Shown in pieces: positions 26,337 through 34,021 of a stretch of DNA of 39,529 bases (positions are counted from its first letter, which is position 1; each line of letters opens with the position of its first letter). The position numbers were made by a program, and so were the translations under genes. The notes beneath the pieces were generated by a model that was not told the DNA's origin, searched no databases, and worked only from the letters and a program-made list of their open reading frames with translations. This stretch comes from Acidobacteriota bacterium. Its GTDB lineage: Bacteria; Acidobacteriota; Polarisedimenticolia; Polarisedimenticolales; Polarisedimenticolaceae. The stretch spans positions 15,646-55,174 of the forward strand of contig WVWW01000001.1 of the NCBI GenBank assembly GCA_011773795.1, written 5' to 3'.

Positions 26337-26999
26337 GTGAGTGGTGGTCGGAACACGGATGGCTGCGAGTCGCCGGAGTGCTTACCCACCTGGGTCCAGG
26401 GGCTCGGAACGCCCGTCTGGATCACGAAACGCGACGGCACGATCGGTTACATGAACCAGCGCGCGGAGCAGTTGCTCGGCCGGCCCGCGTCCGACTGCGT
26501 GGGTCACCCCTGCCACCGGGTCATCGCCGGCAGAGACGCCGTGGGTCGGCCTCACTGCAAGCCGAACTGCACCGTCTTCCAACTCGCTCGGAGAAAAAAC
26601 GAGATCGAGCCGGTCAGCATGCGCGTCATGAGCGCGACAGGGAAAGAGCACTGGATCGACGTGCTGTTCCTCTCGCTCTCCCTGCCGGGGCGCGATGGGG
26701 CCTGTTTGGTGCACTGTGCCCTCGAAGCCGATCGCGCCCATCGCTTCGAGGAATACCTCGAGCGGGTCGCCTCGCGCTCAAACGAGCACACGCACGAGTC
26801 GTCGCAACGGTTGGGCCTGACGCCTAGGGAGACCGAGATCCTGGAGCTCCTCGCCCGCGACGAGAGCCTTCAAGCGATCGCGGAGAAGACGCACGTGAGT
26901 TACGTCACCGTTCGCAACCACGTGCAACACATCCTCGGCAAGCTGGGGGTGCACTCGATCGTGGAGGCCGTTGCCTGTTACCTGCTGGTCAAGGACTAG
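26337..26999 (+). CDS. PAS-like sensor domain + LuxR-type HTH transcriptional regulator (Cys-containing sensor)
   Basis: N-terminal ..PVWITKRDGTIGYMNQRAEQLLGRPASDCVGHPCHRV..HCKPNCTV.. (PAS-like, Cys/His cluster). C-terminal LTPRETEILELLARDESLQAIAEKTHVSYVTVRNHVQHILGKLGV (LuxR/GerE HTH). GTG start; start uncertain. Confidence 0.75.
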   Translation: MSGGRNTDGCESPECLPTWVQGLGTPVWITKRDGTIGYMNQRAEQLLGRPASDCVGHPCHRVIAGRDAVGRPHCKPNCTVFQLARRKNEIEPVSMRVMSATGKEHWIDVLFLSLSLPGRDGACLVHCALEADRAHRFEEYLERVASRSNEHTHESSQRLGLTPRETEILELLARDESLQAIAEKTHVSYVTVRNHVQHILGKLGVHSIVEAVACYLLVKD

Positions 27000-27004
27000 A
27001 CGGG

Positions 27005-27817
27005 CTATCCCAGGGCGACGTCGAGCGTCATCATGACGGTGAACCCGGTGACCGCGGAGAGCGTGGCCAGATCGGCGTTGCCGCCACGCTGAGCTTCGGG
27101 GATTACCTCTTCGACGACCACGAAGAACATCGCCCCCGCCGCGAAGGCCAACGCGTAGGGCAACAACGGGCGCGCGAGCACCACGACGGCGGCACCGACC
27201 ACCGCGGCGATCGGCTCCACGACCGCGGAGAGTTGACCGTAGAAAAAGCTCTTCGAGCGGGACAGCCCTTCGTTGCGTAACGGGATCGAGACTGCCATTC
27301 CCTCCGGGAAGTTCTGCAGGCCGATCCCCAACGTGAGCGCAATCGCCGCGCCCAGGCCGCCGTCGCCGATACCGGCCGAAGCCGCTCCGAAGGCGACGCC
27401 GACGGCCAGCCCCTCGGGGATGTTGTGCAGCGTGATGGCGAGCACCAGCAGGATGCTGCGCCGCCAGCGTGTCGGCAGACCCTCGGCCTCGCTCAACGGT
27501 GCAAACAAATGCACATGTGGCAAGACCCGATCGACGAGGCGCAGGGCGCCCGCACCGGCCAGGAACCCGACCAGCGCAGGCAGCCATTTAATCATGCCCA
27601 TGCGGCCGGCCAGGTCGATCGCCGGGGCCAGCAGGGACCAGAAACTGGCGGCGATCATCACACCGGCGGTGAACCCCAGCGCGCCGTCCAGCCCGCGGCG
27701 GCTGATCCGTCTCGAGAGAAAGACGGCCGCCGCGCCCAGCGCGGTCAAGCCCCAGGTGAACGTGCCGGCGAGCACCGCCTGAAGGACGGGATGCTCGACG
27801 GGCAGGCCGTCACTCAT
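27005..27817 (-). CDS. ZIP family divalent metal transporter (ZupT/GufA-like)
   Basis: Eight TM segments with paired signatures ..ITLHNIPEGLAVGVAF.. and ..IGLQNFPEGMAVS... The ATG overlaps the upstream stop (ATGA). Confidence 0.85.
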   Translation of the reverse strand: MSDGLPVEHPVLQAVLAGTFTWGLTALGAAAVFLSRRISRRGLDGALGFTAGVMIAASFWSLLAPAIDLAGRMGMIKWLPALVGFLAGAGALRLVDRVLPHVHLFAPLSEAEGLPTRWRRSILLVLAITLHNIPEGLAVGVAFGAASAGIGDGGLGAAIALTLGIGLQNFPEGMAVSIPLRNEGLSRSKSFFYGQLSAVVEPIAAVVGAAVVVLARPLLPYALAFAAGAMFFVVVEEVIPEAQRGGNADLATLSAVTGFTVMMTLDVALG

Positions 27818-29184
27818 AACGGCTCGAGTTTGGCGCTGAAGTGCCGCAGGTGCCGGGCCTGCTCGACGATACGCAGCCCGCGCAGGGAGTCCTTGTTGTC
27901 CGCGACCGCCGCAGCAACGTCGATCACATGGTCGATCTGGGTCTGCGTGTACACCCGGCGGGGGATGGCCAACCGGAGCAGCTCGAGCGGGGCGAACCGT
28001 TCGTGGTTCGTCTGCGGGTCGACGCCGCCGAACATCAGCGTTCCGATCTCCACGCCGCGAACGCCACCCTCGAGGTAAAACGCGCAGGCCAACGCCTGCG
28101 CCGGCAACTCGGCCGGCGCGATGTGGGGCAGCAGTGCACCGGCGTCGACATACACCGCGTGTCCGCCGGGCGGGCGCACGATCGGGATGTCGAGCTCGGT
28201 CAGTTTGTTACCCAGGTAACGCGTCGCCGCGAGCCGGTAGCGTAGGTAATCTTCCTCGAGAACTTCTTTTAGACCGACGCTGATCGCGTCGAGGTCCCGG
28301 CCTGCCATGCCGCCGTAGGTCGGGAACCCCTCGGTGAGGATCAGCAGCTCCTCTTCCTTGGTCGCCAGCGCGTCGTCGTTGGTAGCGAGGAAGCCGCCGA
28401 TATTGGCCAGGCCGTCTTTCTTCGCGCTGAACGTGGCACCGTCGGCGTGTGAAAACATCTCGGCCGCGATCTCCGCAACGCTACGATCGGCATAGCCGCG
28501 CTCGCGCAGCTTGATGAAGTAGGCGTTCTCGGCGAAGCGGCAGGCATCGAGATAGAAGGGCACGCGATGGGACCGGCACAACTCCGAAGCCTTGCCGATA
28601 TTGGCCAACGAGGCCGGCTGGCCGCCCCCCGAGTTGTTGGTGACCGTGTGGATCACGCAGGCGACATCGTGCGCCGGGTCACCGAGCAACCGCTCGAGAG
28701 CCACGAGGTCCATGTTGCCCTTGAACGGGTGTTCCTCGGCCGGAACCAGCGCCTGGGGGATCGGGATGTCCATCGCCCGGCCACCGAGAAACTCGACGTT
28801 CGCGCGCGTCGTGTCGAAATGCGTGTTGCTGATCACGACCCGGTCCCGAACGCCGAGGCAGGTGAACAGGATCCGTTCCGCGGCCCGGCCCTGATGGGTC
28901 GGGATGATCTGGCGGAACCCGGTGATCTCCCGAACGCGGTCGCGAAAGCGATACCACGAACGTGCCCCGGCGTACGATTCGTCGCCACGCATCATCGCCG
29001 CCCACTGCTCGGAGGACATCGCGCCGGTTCCCGAGTCGGTCAGCAGATCGATGAGGATCTCCTCGGCGGGGATACGAAAGAGGTTCCAGTGAGCACGGCG
29101 CAAAATCTTCTCGCGCTCCTCACGCGTGGTCATGCGTAATTGTTCGACGACCTTGATGCGGAAGGGTTCGATAATCCGACTCAC
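27814..29184 (-). CDS. PLP-dependent beta-eliminating lyase (tryptophanase / tyrosine phenol-lyase family)
   Basis: EPFRIKVVEQL.., ..IDLLTDSGTGAMSSEQWAAMMRGDESYAG.., ..IPTHQGRAAE.. and the PLP-lysine context ..FSAKKDGLANIGGFL... Substrate (Trp vs Tyr) cannot be assigned by eye. Confidence 0.85.
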   Translation of the reverse strand: MSRIIEPFRIKVVEQLRMTTREEREKILRRAHWNLFRIPAEEILIDLLTDSGTGAMSSEQWAAMMRGDESYAGARSWYRFRDRVREITGFRQIIPTHQGRAAERILFTCLGVRDRVVISNTHFDTTRANVEFLGGRAMDIPIPQALVPAEEHPFKGNMDLVALERLLGDPAHDVACVIHTVTNNSGGGQPASLANIGKASELCRSHRVPFYLDACRFAENAYFIKLRERGYADRSVAEIAAEMFSHADGATFSAKKDGLANIGGFLATNDDALATKEEELLILTEGFPTYGGMAGRDLDAISVGLKEVLEEDYLRYRLAATRYLGNKLTELDIPIVRPPGGHAVYVDAGALLPHIAPAELPAQALACAFYLEGGVRGVEIGTLMFGGVDPQTNHERFAPLELLRLAIPRRVYTQTQIDHVIDVAAAVADNKDSLRGLRIVEQARHLRHFSAKLEPL

Positions 29185-29203
29185 GAAAAATCTCCGATGG
29201 CGG

Positions 29204-30235
29204 TCAAGCGACCGTCAACATGCGTTCGATGGAGCGTGCGGCGCGCGTACGGATCGGCTCCGGGACGTCAATTTCGTAACGCTTCTTCTCGAGCGTCGCC
29301 AACGTCTGCTCGAGCGTTATCTCGTTCATGTGGGGGCAGCGCACACTGCAGATGCGCACCAACTTCTTTTGCGGATTCTCGGCGATGATATTGTCTCCCA
29401 TGGAGCACTCGGTCAGCAGCAGGTAGCTCGCCGCGTCGGTATCACGCACGCGCCGGATCATCGCGGAAGTACTGCCCGCGAAGTCGGCGGCCTCGATCAC
29501 TTCCGGGCGGCACTCGGGATGCGCGAGGACAAGCACGTCGGGAAACTGCCGCCGTGCGCTCTCGACATCCTGGACACGGAACCTGTCGTGCACCTCGCAG
29601 CGCCCCGGCCAGCCGATCAACGTACGCCGCCCGTCGGACGCCGGCCGATCGACTTCCGCGGGCGTTCGACATAGGCGCATCCCCACTTCGCCGGCAACGT
29701 TGGCCGCGAGGTATTCGTCCGGGACGAAGATTACCGTATCCGATTCGATCGAACGCACCACATCCACCGCGTTTCCCGAGGTGCAACAGTAGTCGGCCTC
29801 AGCTTTCACGTCAGCGTACGTGTTGATGTAGACGACGACGGGCACGCCGGGAAAGCGTCGCTTCAATTCCCGCACGTCGCCCGCATCGATGCTCGCCGCA
29901 AGCGAACACCCGGCGTCCGGAGAGGGGATCAGCACGGTCTTGGCCGGATTCAGGATCTTGGCCGTTTCGGCCATGAAACGCACGCCGCAGAAGACGATCG
30001 TCTCGGCGGATGTCCGCGCCGCCGCCCGGCACAACTCGAGCGAGTCACCGGTGTAGTCGGGGACGGAGTGGAACAGCGCGGGTTCCATGTAGTTGTGGCC
30101 GAGGATGACCGCGTTGCGTTCGCGCTTGAGGCGCAGGATCGCATCGGCGAGCTCGGCCTTGATCCGCAACTCCGCCTCGGGGACGACGTCCCGCAGTTTA
30201 TCCTTCAATTCGTCGAAGACACCCCGGACGGACAT
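29204..30235 (-). CDS. nadA: Quinolinate synthase A
   Basis: ..NAVILGHNYMEPALFHSVPDYTGDSLELC.., ..IVFCGVRFMAETAKILNP.., ..CCTSGNAV.., ..AHPEC.. are typical NadA three-domain motifs with Fe-S cysteines. Confidence 0.88.
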   Translation of the reverse strand: MSVRGVFDELKDKLRDVVPEAELRIKAELADAILRLKRERNAVILGHNYMEPALFHSVPDYTGDSLELCRAAARTSAETIVFCGVRFMAETAKILNPAKTVLIPSPDAGCSLAASIDAGDVRELKRRFPGVPVVVYINTYADVKAEADYCCTSGNAVDVVRSIESDTVIFVPDEYLAANVAGEVGMRLCRTPAEVDRPASDGRRTLIGWPGRCEVHDRFRVQDVESARRQFPDVLVLAHPECRPEVIEAADFAGSTSAMIRRVRDTDAASYLLLTECSMGDNIIAENPQKKLVRICSVRCPHMNEITLEQTLATLEKKRYEIDVPEPIRTRAARSIERMLTVA

Positions 30236-30247
30236 CGGCCGCAGCCT

Positions 30248-30601
30248 CTACTGGGCGGGCACGTCCAACTTGGCCAGCCAGGCCGCAATCGCCTGAAGCT
30301 CCTCGTCGGTGCCCGTGTACTCCTTCTTGTGTTCCTGGCCCTCGTTCTGGATCTCTCTCTTGAGGAACTGCGTGAGCCACTCGCTGTCCCGGGCGACCGC
30401 CGGCAGGTCGGGACCCTTCATCTTCTCCGACTTGACCTTGGCGACCAGTTCGGCCTGTGGGACGGAGTGGCACATGTTGCATTTCTGAGCGACGAATGCG
30501 CCCTGACCTTCGTCTTCGGCGAACGCCGGACCGGCGAAGAGGGCGACCAGCACCAGCGCCGTCGGTACGATGAGCAAGTAGTCCCTGGAGCTCCTGGACA
30601 T
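30248..30601 (-). CDS. Small monohaem cytochrome c (secreted)
   Basis: The ATG at 30601 follows GGAGG. Signal peptide (..LVALFAGPAFA|ED) and a single CNMCH motif. The track ORF starting at 30652 is an upstream extension. Confidence 0.7.
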   Translation of the reverse strand: MSRSSRDYLLIVPTALVLVALFAGPAFAEDEGQGAFVAQKCNMCHSVPQAELVAKVKSEKMKGPDLPAVARDSEWLTQFLKREIQNEGQEHKKEYTGTDEELQAIAAWLAKLDVPAQ

Positions 30602-30614
30602 CACGAACCTCCAC

Positions 30615-31166
30615 TCAGTTTTCGTTGGACGGTCTCTCGATTGCTTCGGCATGTATTCTGGCGGCGAAGAAGTCCTTTTCGAGATCCGCCTCCTCGAGGG
30701 CCTCCTCGATTCCGGGAACCGCGCGCAGCAGGTCGATGGCGGACACCATGCCGAGCACGCGGCCCGCGGTGTCGACCACGACGAGCCGGTGAATCTGACG
30801 CGCGATCATACGCGCCGCGGCCAGCGCGATTGATTGATCGGGGCAGATGCAGTAGACGACGGGCGACATCACCTCGGCGACCCTGGCCGACCGAATGTCG
30901 GTCAACCGCAGCTCGCCGTATTCCTCCCTCTCCGGCATCGATTGATCGGTTCGGTAGAAAGACGAGCCGTCGACGCCGCTGAAGTAGTGCCAGGCGATCA
31001 GGTCGGTCTGGCTGATCACGCCGACCAACGTCCCGTCGGGATCGACCACGGGCATGCCGTGGATGCCGTCCCGCAGCAGTTTCTGCTCGAGCTCGTGGAC
31101 GTCCGCGTCGGAACGGATCAACGCGACATCTCGAACCATGACGTCTTCGACAGTGCTTACGCTCAT
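30615..31166 (-). CDS. CBS-pair domain protein
   Basis: Two CBS repeats (..VEDVMVRDVALI..GMPVVDPDGTLVGVISQTDLI.. and ..VAEVMSPVVYCI..RLVVVDTAGRVLGMVSAIDLL..). Confidence 0.8.
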   Translation of the reverse strand: MSVSTVEDVMVRDVALIRSDADVHELEQKLLRDGIHGMPVVDPDGTLVGVISQTDLIAWHYFSGVDGSSFYRTDQSMPEREEYGELRLTDIRSARVAEVMSPVVYCICPDQSIALAAARMIARQIHRLVVVDTAGRVLGMVSAIDLLRAVPGIEEALEEADLEKDFFAARIHAEAIERPSNEN

Positions 31167-31182
31167 CGGATTCCTTTCGGAG

Positions 31183-31542
31183 CTAAGCCGGCGTCACCAG
31201 CTGTTCGAATTCTTCGACCGCCTGCAGCGCCTCGGCACCGTAGACGGTCGCGGGCCCCCCGCCCATGAAGACGGCTACGCCTATCGTATCGAGGATTTCC
31301 TCGCGTGTCGCGCCGGCACCAAGCGCGGCACGGACGTGCGAGGCGATGCAGCCGTCGCAGCGCACCGAGATCCCGATCGCCACGGCGATCAGCTCTCTCG
31401 TTTTGCGGTCCAGAGCTCCTTTTTGGGACATCGTCGCGGCGTGCAGGGCGCCGAAACTCTTCATCGTATCGGGGATCGCACGATTCAGCTTGGCCATCCT
31501 ACGGCGAAACTCGGCATAAAAATCGGGGTAGTTCTCGGTCAT
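31183..31542 (-). CDS. Carboxymuconolactone decarboxylase / AhpD-like family protein
   Basis: ..ELIAVAIGISVRCDGCIASHVRAALGAGATREEILDTIGVAVFMGGGPA.., the AhpD-core CxxC motif. Confidence 0.8.
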   Translation of the reverse strand: MTENYPDFYAEFRRRMAKLNRAIPDTMKSFGALHAATMSQKGALDRKTRELIAVAIGISVRCDGCIASHVRAALGAGATREEILDTIGVAVFMGGGPATVYGAEALQAVEEFEQLVTPA

Positions 31543-31559
31543 GGTGCCAGTCCCAGCGG

Positions 31560-32006
31560 TCAGTCTTCGAGGGAATCGTCCCGCACGGTCAACACCGGAC
31601 AGGGGGATCGACGGACGACACGCTCGGTCGTCGAGCCGAGGATCGCATGGGAGAAAAACCCGCGTCCGTGGGTGGCCATCACGACCAGGTCGATCCCGTT
31701 ATCCTCGGCGAACTTGACGATCTCGACGTGCGGGATCCCGCAGGTGACCGCGGTCTCGATCATCTCGCCCAGGTGGGTGGCGAACGCCTCGGCCCGGGAT
31801 TTGGCTCGTTCCACCCGCTGCTGCTCGAACTCGCCCGCGCTGACGCCGCTCGGCTCGAAGACCAGCGGGGGGAGGTGGGCGTCGAGCACGTGAAGGAGTA
31901 CGATCCCCGCGCCGAACTTGTCCGCCATCTCCCGCACGAGAGGGAAGGCCGTCCGGGAGGTCTCGGAAAAATCGGTGGTGATCAGGATCCTCTTGATCTC
32001 TTTCAT
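31560..32006 (-). CDS. Universal stress protein (UspA family)
   Basis: ..RILITTDFSETS.., ..DLVVMATHGRGFFSHAILGSTTERVVRRSPCPVLTV.. (ATP-binding G-2x-G-9x-G(S/T) type motif). Confidence 0.85.
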   Translation of the reverse strand: MKEIKRILITTDFSETSRTAFPLVREMADKFGAGIVLLHVLDAHLPPLVFEPSGVSAGEFEQQRVERAKSRAEAFATHLGEMIETAVTCGIPHVEIVKFAEDNGIDLVVMATHGRGFFSHAILGSTTERVVRRSPCPVLTVRDDSLED

Positions 32007-32178
32007 CGTGGTGCCTCCTTCCTTCTCTGTTTCTTTTGTAACGTGATCCGGTTCCCACGTCAGTCGTGACTTACCCCGCTGGGGGTTCGGTTTCTACTTA
32101 CCCAGTTAAACATTGAAAACACTTGACTTAAGGCGCCTTGGACGCAACGATTTGTGGCTCGAGAGTGGGGTGCGGGGA

Positions 32179-33627
32179 CTACGACGGGACGATCGCCTCG
32201 GCTTCCATCTCGACGAGGTACTCGTCACCGATGAGCGACGCCTGAACGAGTGTGTTGGCCGGGAGCACGTCGCGAAACCGCTCGCCGTGAACACGAGCGA
32301 CAGCCTCCCAATCGTCCAGGTCGCGGATGAAGATCCGCGTTCGGACGATGTCTTCGAACCGACCGCCCAACGAACGAATCGCGCCCGCGATCTTGTCCAC
32401 GACGAAGTGTGCCTGCGCCCCCGCGTCGTGCCCACCGATACGCCGGTTCCCGTGCGTCGCGGTCGTGCCCGAAACGAGGATCCGCGAACCGCTGCGTAGG
32501 GCCCGGCAATACCCCCCGATCTTTTCCCACTGCGTGCCACTGAGCGCTCGGTCGCGTCCATCTGCTTTCGATGTCACGTCGAACGGCGCCGGCACCGTGT
32601 CGACGTGGTGGCTCAGGTCGCCGGACGCCGTCAAGAACGGCGGGTGACGGTACTCGTCTCCGCTGTCGCCGGGAATCGTGTTCAGGGCGGAAACGGCCGC
32701 TTCGATTTCGCGACGGCTCGCCTCGTCCAGCGAGAGCTCGAACAACGCGAGGTTGTCCTCCAGATGATCGGTTTGTCCCGGCCGCGCGCCGACGATCACG
32801 CCGGCGACCGCCGGCTGCTCGATAACGTAGCGCGTGGCCACGTTCGCGATGGACACCCCGAGCCGCTCCGCGACCCTTCCGAGCACCCGCAACACGGCCT
32901 GAAACGGTTCCCAACCGCCCGCGGCCTCGACGAAACGGCGGTACTTCATCAGCGACCAGGTCGGCAGGCCGTCCATCCCGGGGTCGGGGACATCCAGGTA
33001 GCGATCGGTCAGGAGTCCTCCCGCAAGCGTTCCGTAGGCGAGCAACTTGATGTCGTTCTCCACGCAGAACGGAACCAACTTCGCGAGCGGCCGCCGGTCG
33101 AGGACGGAGAAGCTGACCTGGTTGGACGCGATCTCGATCCCGCTGCGGACGACGACGCGAAGGTGGGCCGTGTCGAAGTTCGTCAGTCCAAGATGGCGAA
33201 TCAACCCGCCACGCCGTAGCTCGTCGAGGTAGAAGAGACCATCCAGGTAACACGGGTCGTCGTAGTTCCAAGCGTGGAATTGAAGCAGATCGAGTCGTTC
33301 GACGCCGAGCCGATCGAGCGCGCGTTGCACGGCATCCTGCGCGTCGTCCCGCGTCAACGGTCCCGGAGGGGGGACCCACTTCGTCAGCAACTGGACGGCC
33401 GTCGGGTCGGCGAGCCGCGCCCGAAGGGCGCCGGCGATGCGTTCGGCCGAGCCGTAGTGGTCCGCCATGTCGAACGTCGTGAACCCGGCCTCGACGTAGG
33501 GGACGAGTGCGGTAGCCGTCGCATCCGGATCCAGCAAATCGCCGCCCCGCTCCATGTCGGCGACCTGCCACAATCCGGTCAGCACTCGCGACACGTCGAG
33601 GCCCGACGAAAGAGAGCTTCGCTGCAT
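32179..33627 (-). CDS. Aldo/keto reductase fused to a C-terminal RidA/YjgF (endoribonuclease L-PSP) domain
   Basis: N-terminal AKR motifs (..FDMADHYGSAE.., ..RLDLLQFHAW.., ..IRHLGLTNF..). The C-terminal ~130 aa read ..ILVSGTTA..GAQAHFVVDKIAGAIRSLGG..DIVRTRIFIRD..ANTLVQAS..EYLVEMEAEAIV, RidA-like. Confidence 0.75.
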   Translation of the reverse strand: MQRSSLSSGLDVSRVLTGLWQVADMERGGDLLDPDATATALVPYVEAGFTTFDMADHYGSAERIAGALRARLADPTAVQLLTKWVPPPGPLTRDDAQDAVQRALDRLGVERLDLLQFHAWNYDDPCYLDGLFYLDELRRGGLIRHLGLTNFDTAHLRVVVRSGIEIASNQVSFSVLDRRPLAKLVPFCVENDIKLLAYGTLAGGLLTDRYLDVPDPGMDGLPTWSLMKYRRFVEAAGGWEPFQAVLRVLGRVAERLGVSIANVATRYVIEQPAVAGVIVGARPGQTDHLEDNLALFELSLDEASRREIEAAVSALNTIPGDSGDEYRHPPFLTASGDLSHHVDTVPAPFDVTSKADGRDRALSGTQWEKIGGYCRALRSGSRILVSGTTATHGNRRIGGHDAGAQAHFVVDKIAGAIRSLGGRFEDIVRTRIFIRDLDDWEAVARVHGERFRDVLPANTLVQASLIGDEYLVEMEAEAIVPS

Positions 33628-33717
33628 CCTGTCAGTCTACAGGGGACGTGACCACAAGCCGCTAAGGTGTCGTCGAAGCCGCAGTTTGGTGCACGTCCCG
33701 GATCGGACTTGCCGAGC

Positions 33718-33736
33718 GGGCGCGCGAAGCGCGCCC
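33718..33736 (-). terminator. GC hairpin GGGCGCGC-gaa-GCGCGCCC downstream of tRNA-Asp
   Basis: Perfect 8-bp stem located 38 nt past the tRNA 3' end on the minus strand. No U-run, so its function as a terminator is uncertain. Confidence 0.3.
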
Positions 33737-33773
33737 CTCAGTGACGTCAGTGAGAGGGTGTGAGCGAGCGAAT

Positions 33774-33850
33774 TGGCGGAGCCGACGGGACTTGAACCCG
33801 CGATCTCCGGAGTGACAGTCCGGTGTGTTAACCAACTACACCACGGCTCC
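33774..33850 (-). tRNA. tRNA-Asp (anticodon GUC), CCA encoded
   Basis: The reverse complement reads GGAGCCGUGGUGUAGUUGGUUAACACACCGGACUGUCACUCCGGAGAUCGCGGGUUCAAGUCCCGUCGGCUCCGCCA. Acceptor stem 7 bp, anticodon loop CUGUCAC, T-loop GGUUCAAGUCC. Confidence 0.92.
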
Positions 33851-33932
33851 GAATGTTCGCTGACGGGGGGAACCCGGCCCGAAACCGGTGCAAAAGATAG
33901 CACACGGGCCGGGCCCCTTCGACAATCCCTTA

Positions 33933-33961
33933 TTGACGGTCCCTACGGCCGGCGGGATCAT
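33933..33961 (+). promoter_or_regulatory. Possible sigma70-type promoter (TTGACG-17 nt-GATCAT) upstream of the octahaem cytochrome gene
   Basis: -35 TTGACG at 33933-33938, 17-nt spacer, weak -10 GATCAT at 33956-33961, about 60 nt before the ATG at 34022. Confidence 0.25.
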
Positions 33962-34021
33962 GCTGGCAGCGGATTCCGGGGACTCGTGTGCCTGCGAGCG
34001 GACCCCGAGACGGAGGAAAAA

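Noticed and set aside
26102-26827. 241-aa plus-strand ORF spanning the leader and the PAS-LuxR gene in another frame
   Set aside because: It is an Arg/Pro-rich shadow that crosses the intrinsic terminator and overlaps the regulator, which has a clear HTH in its own frame.
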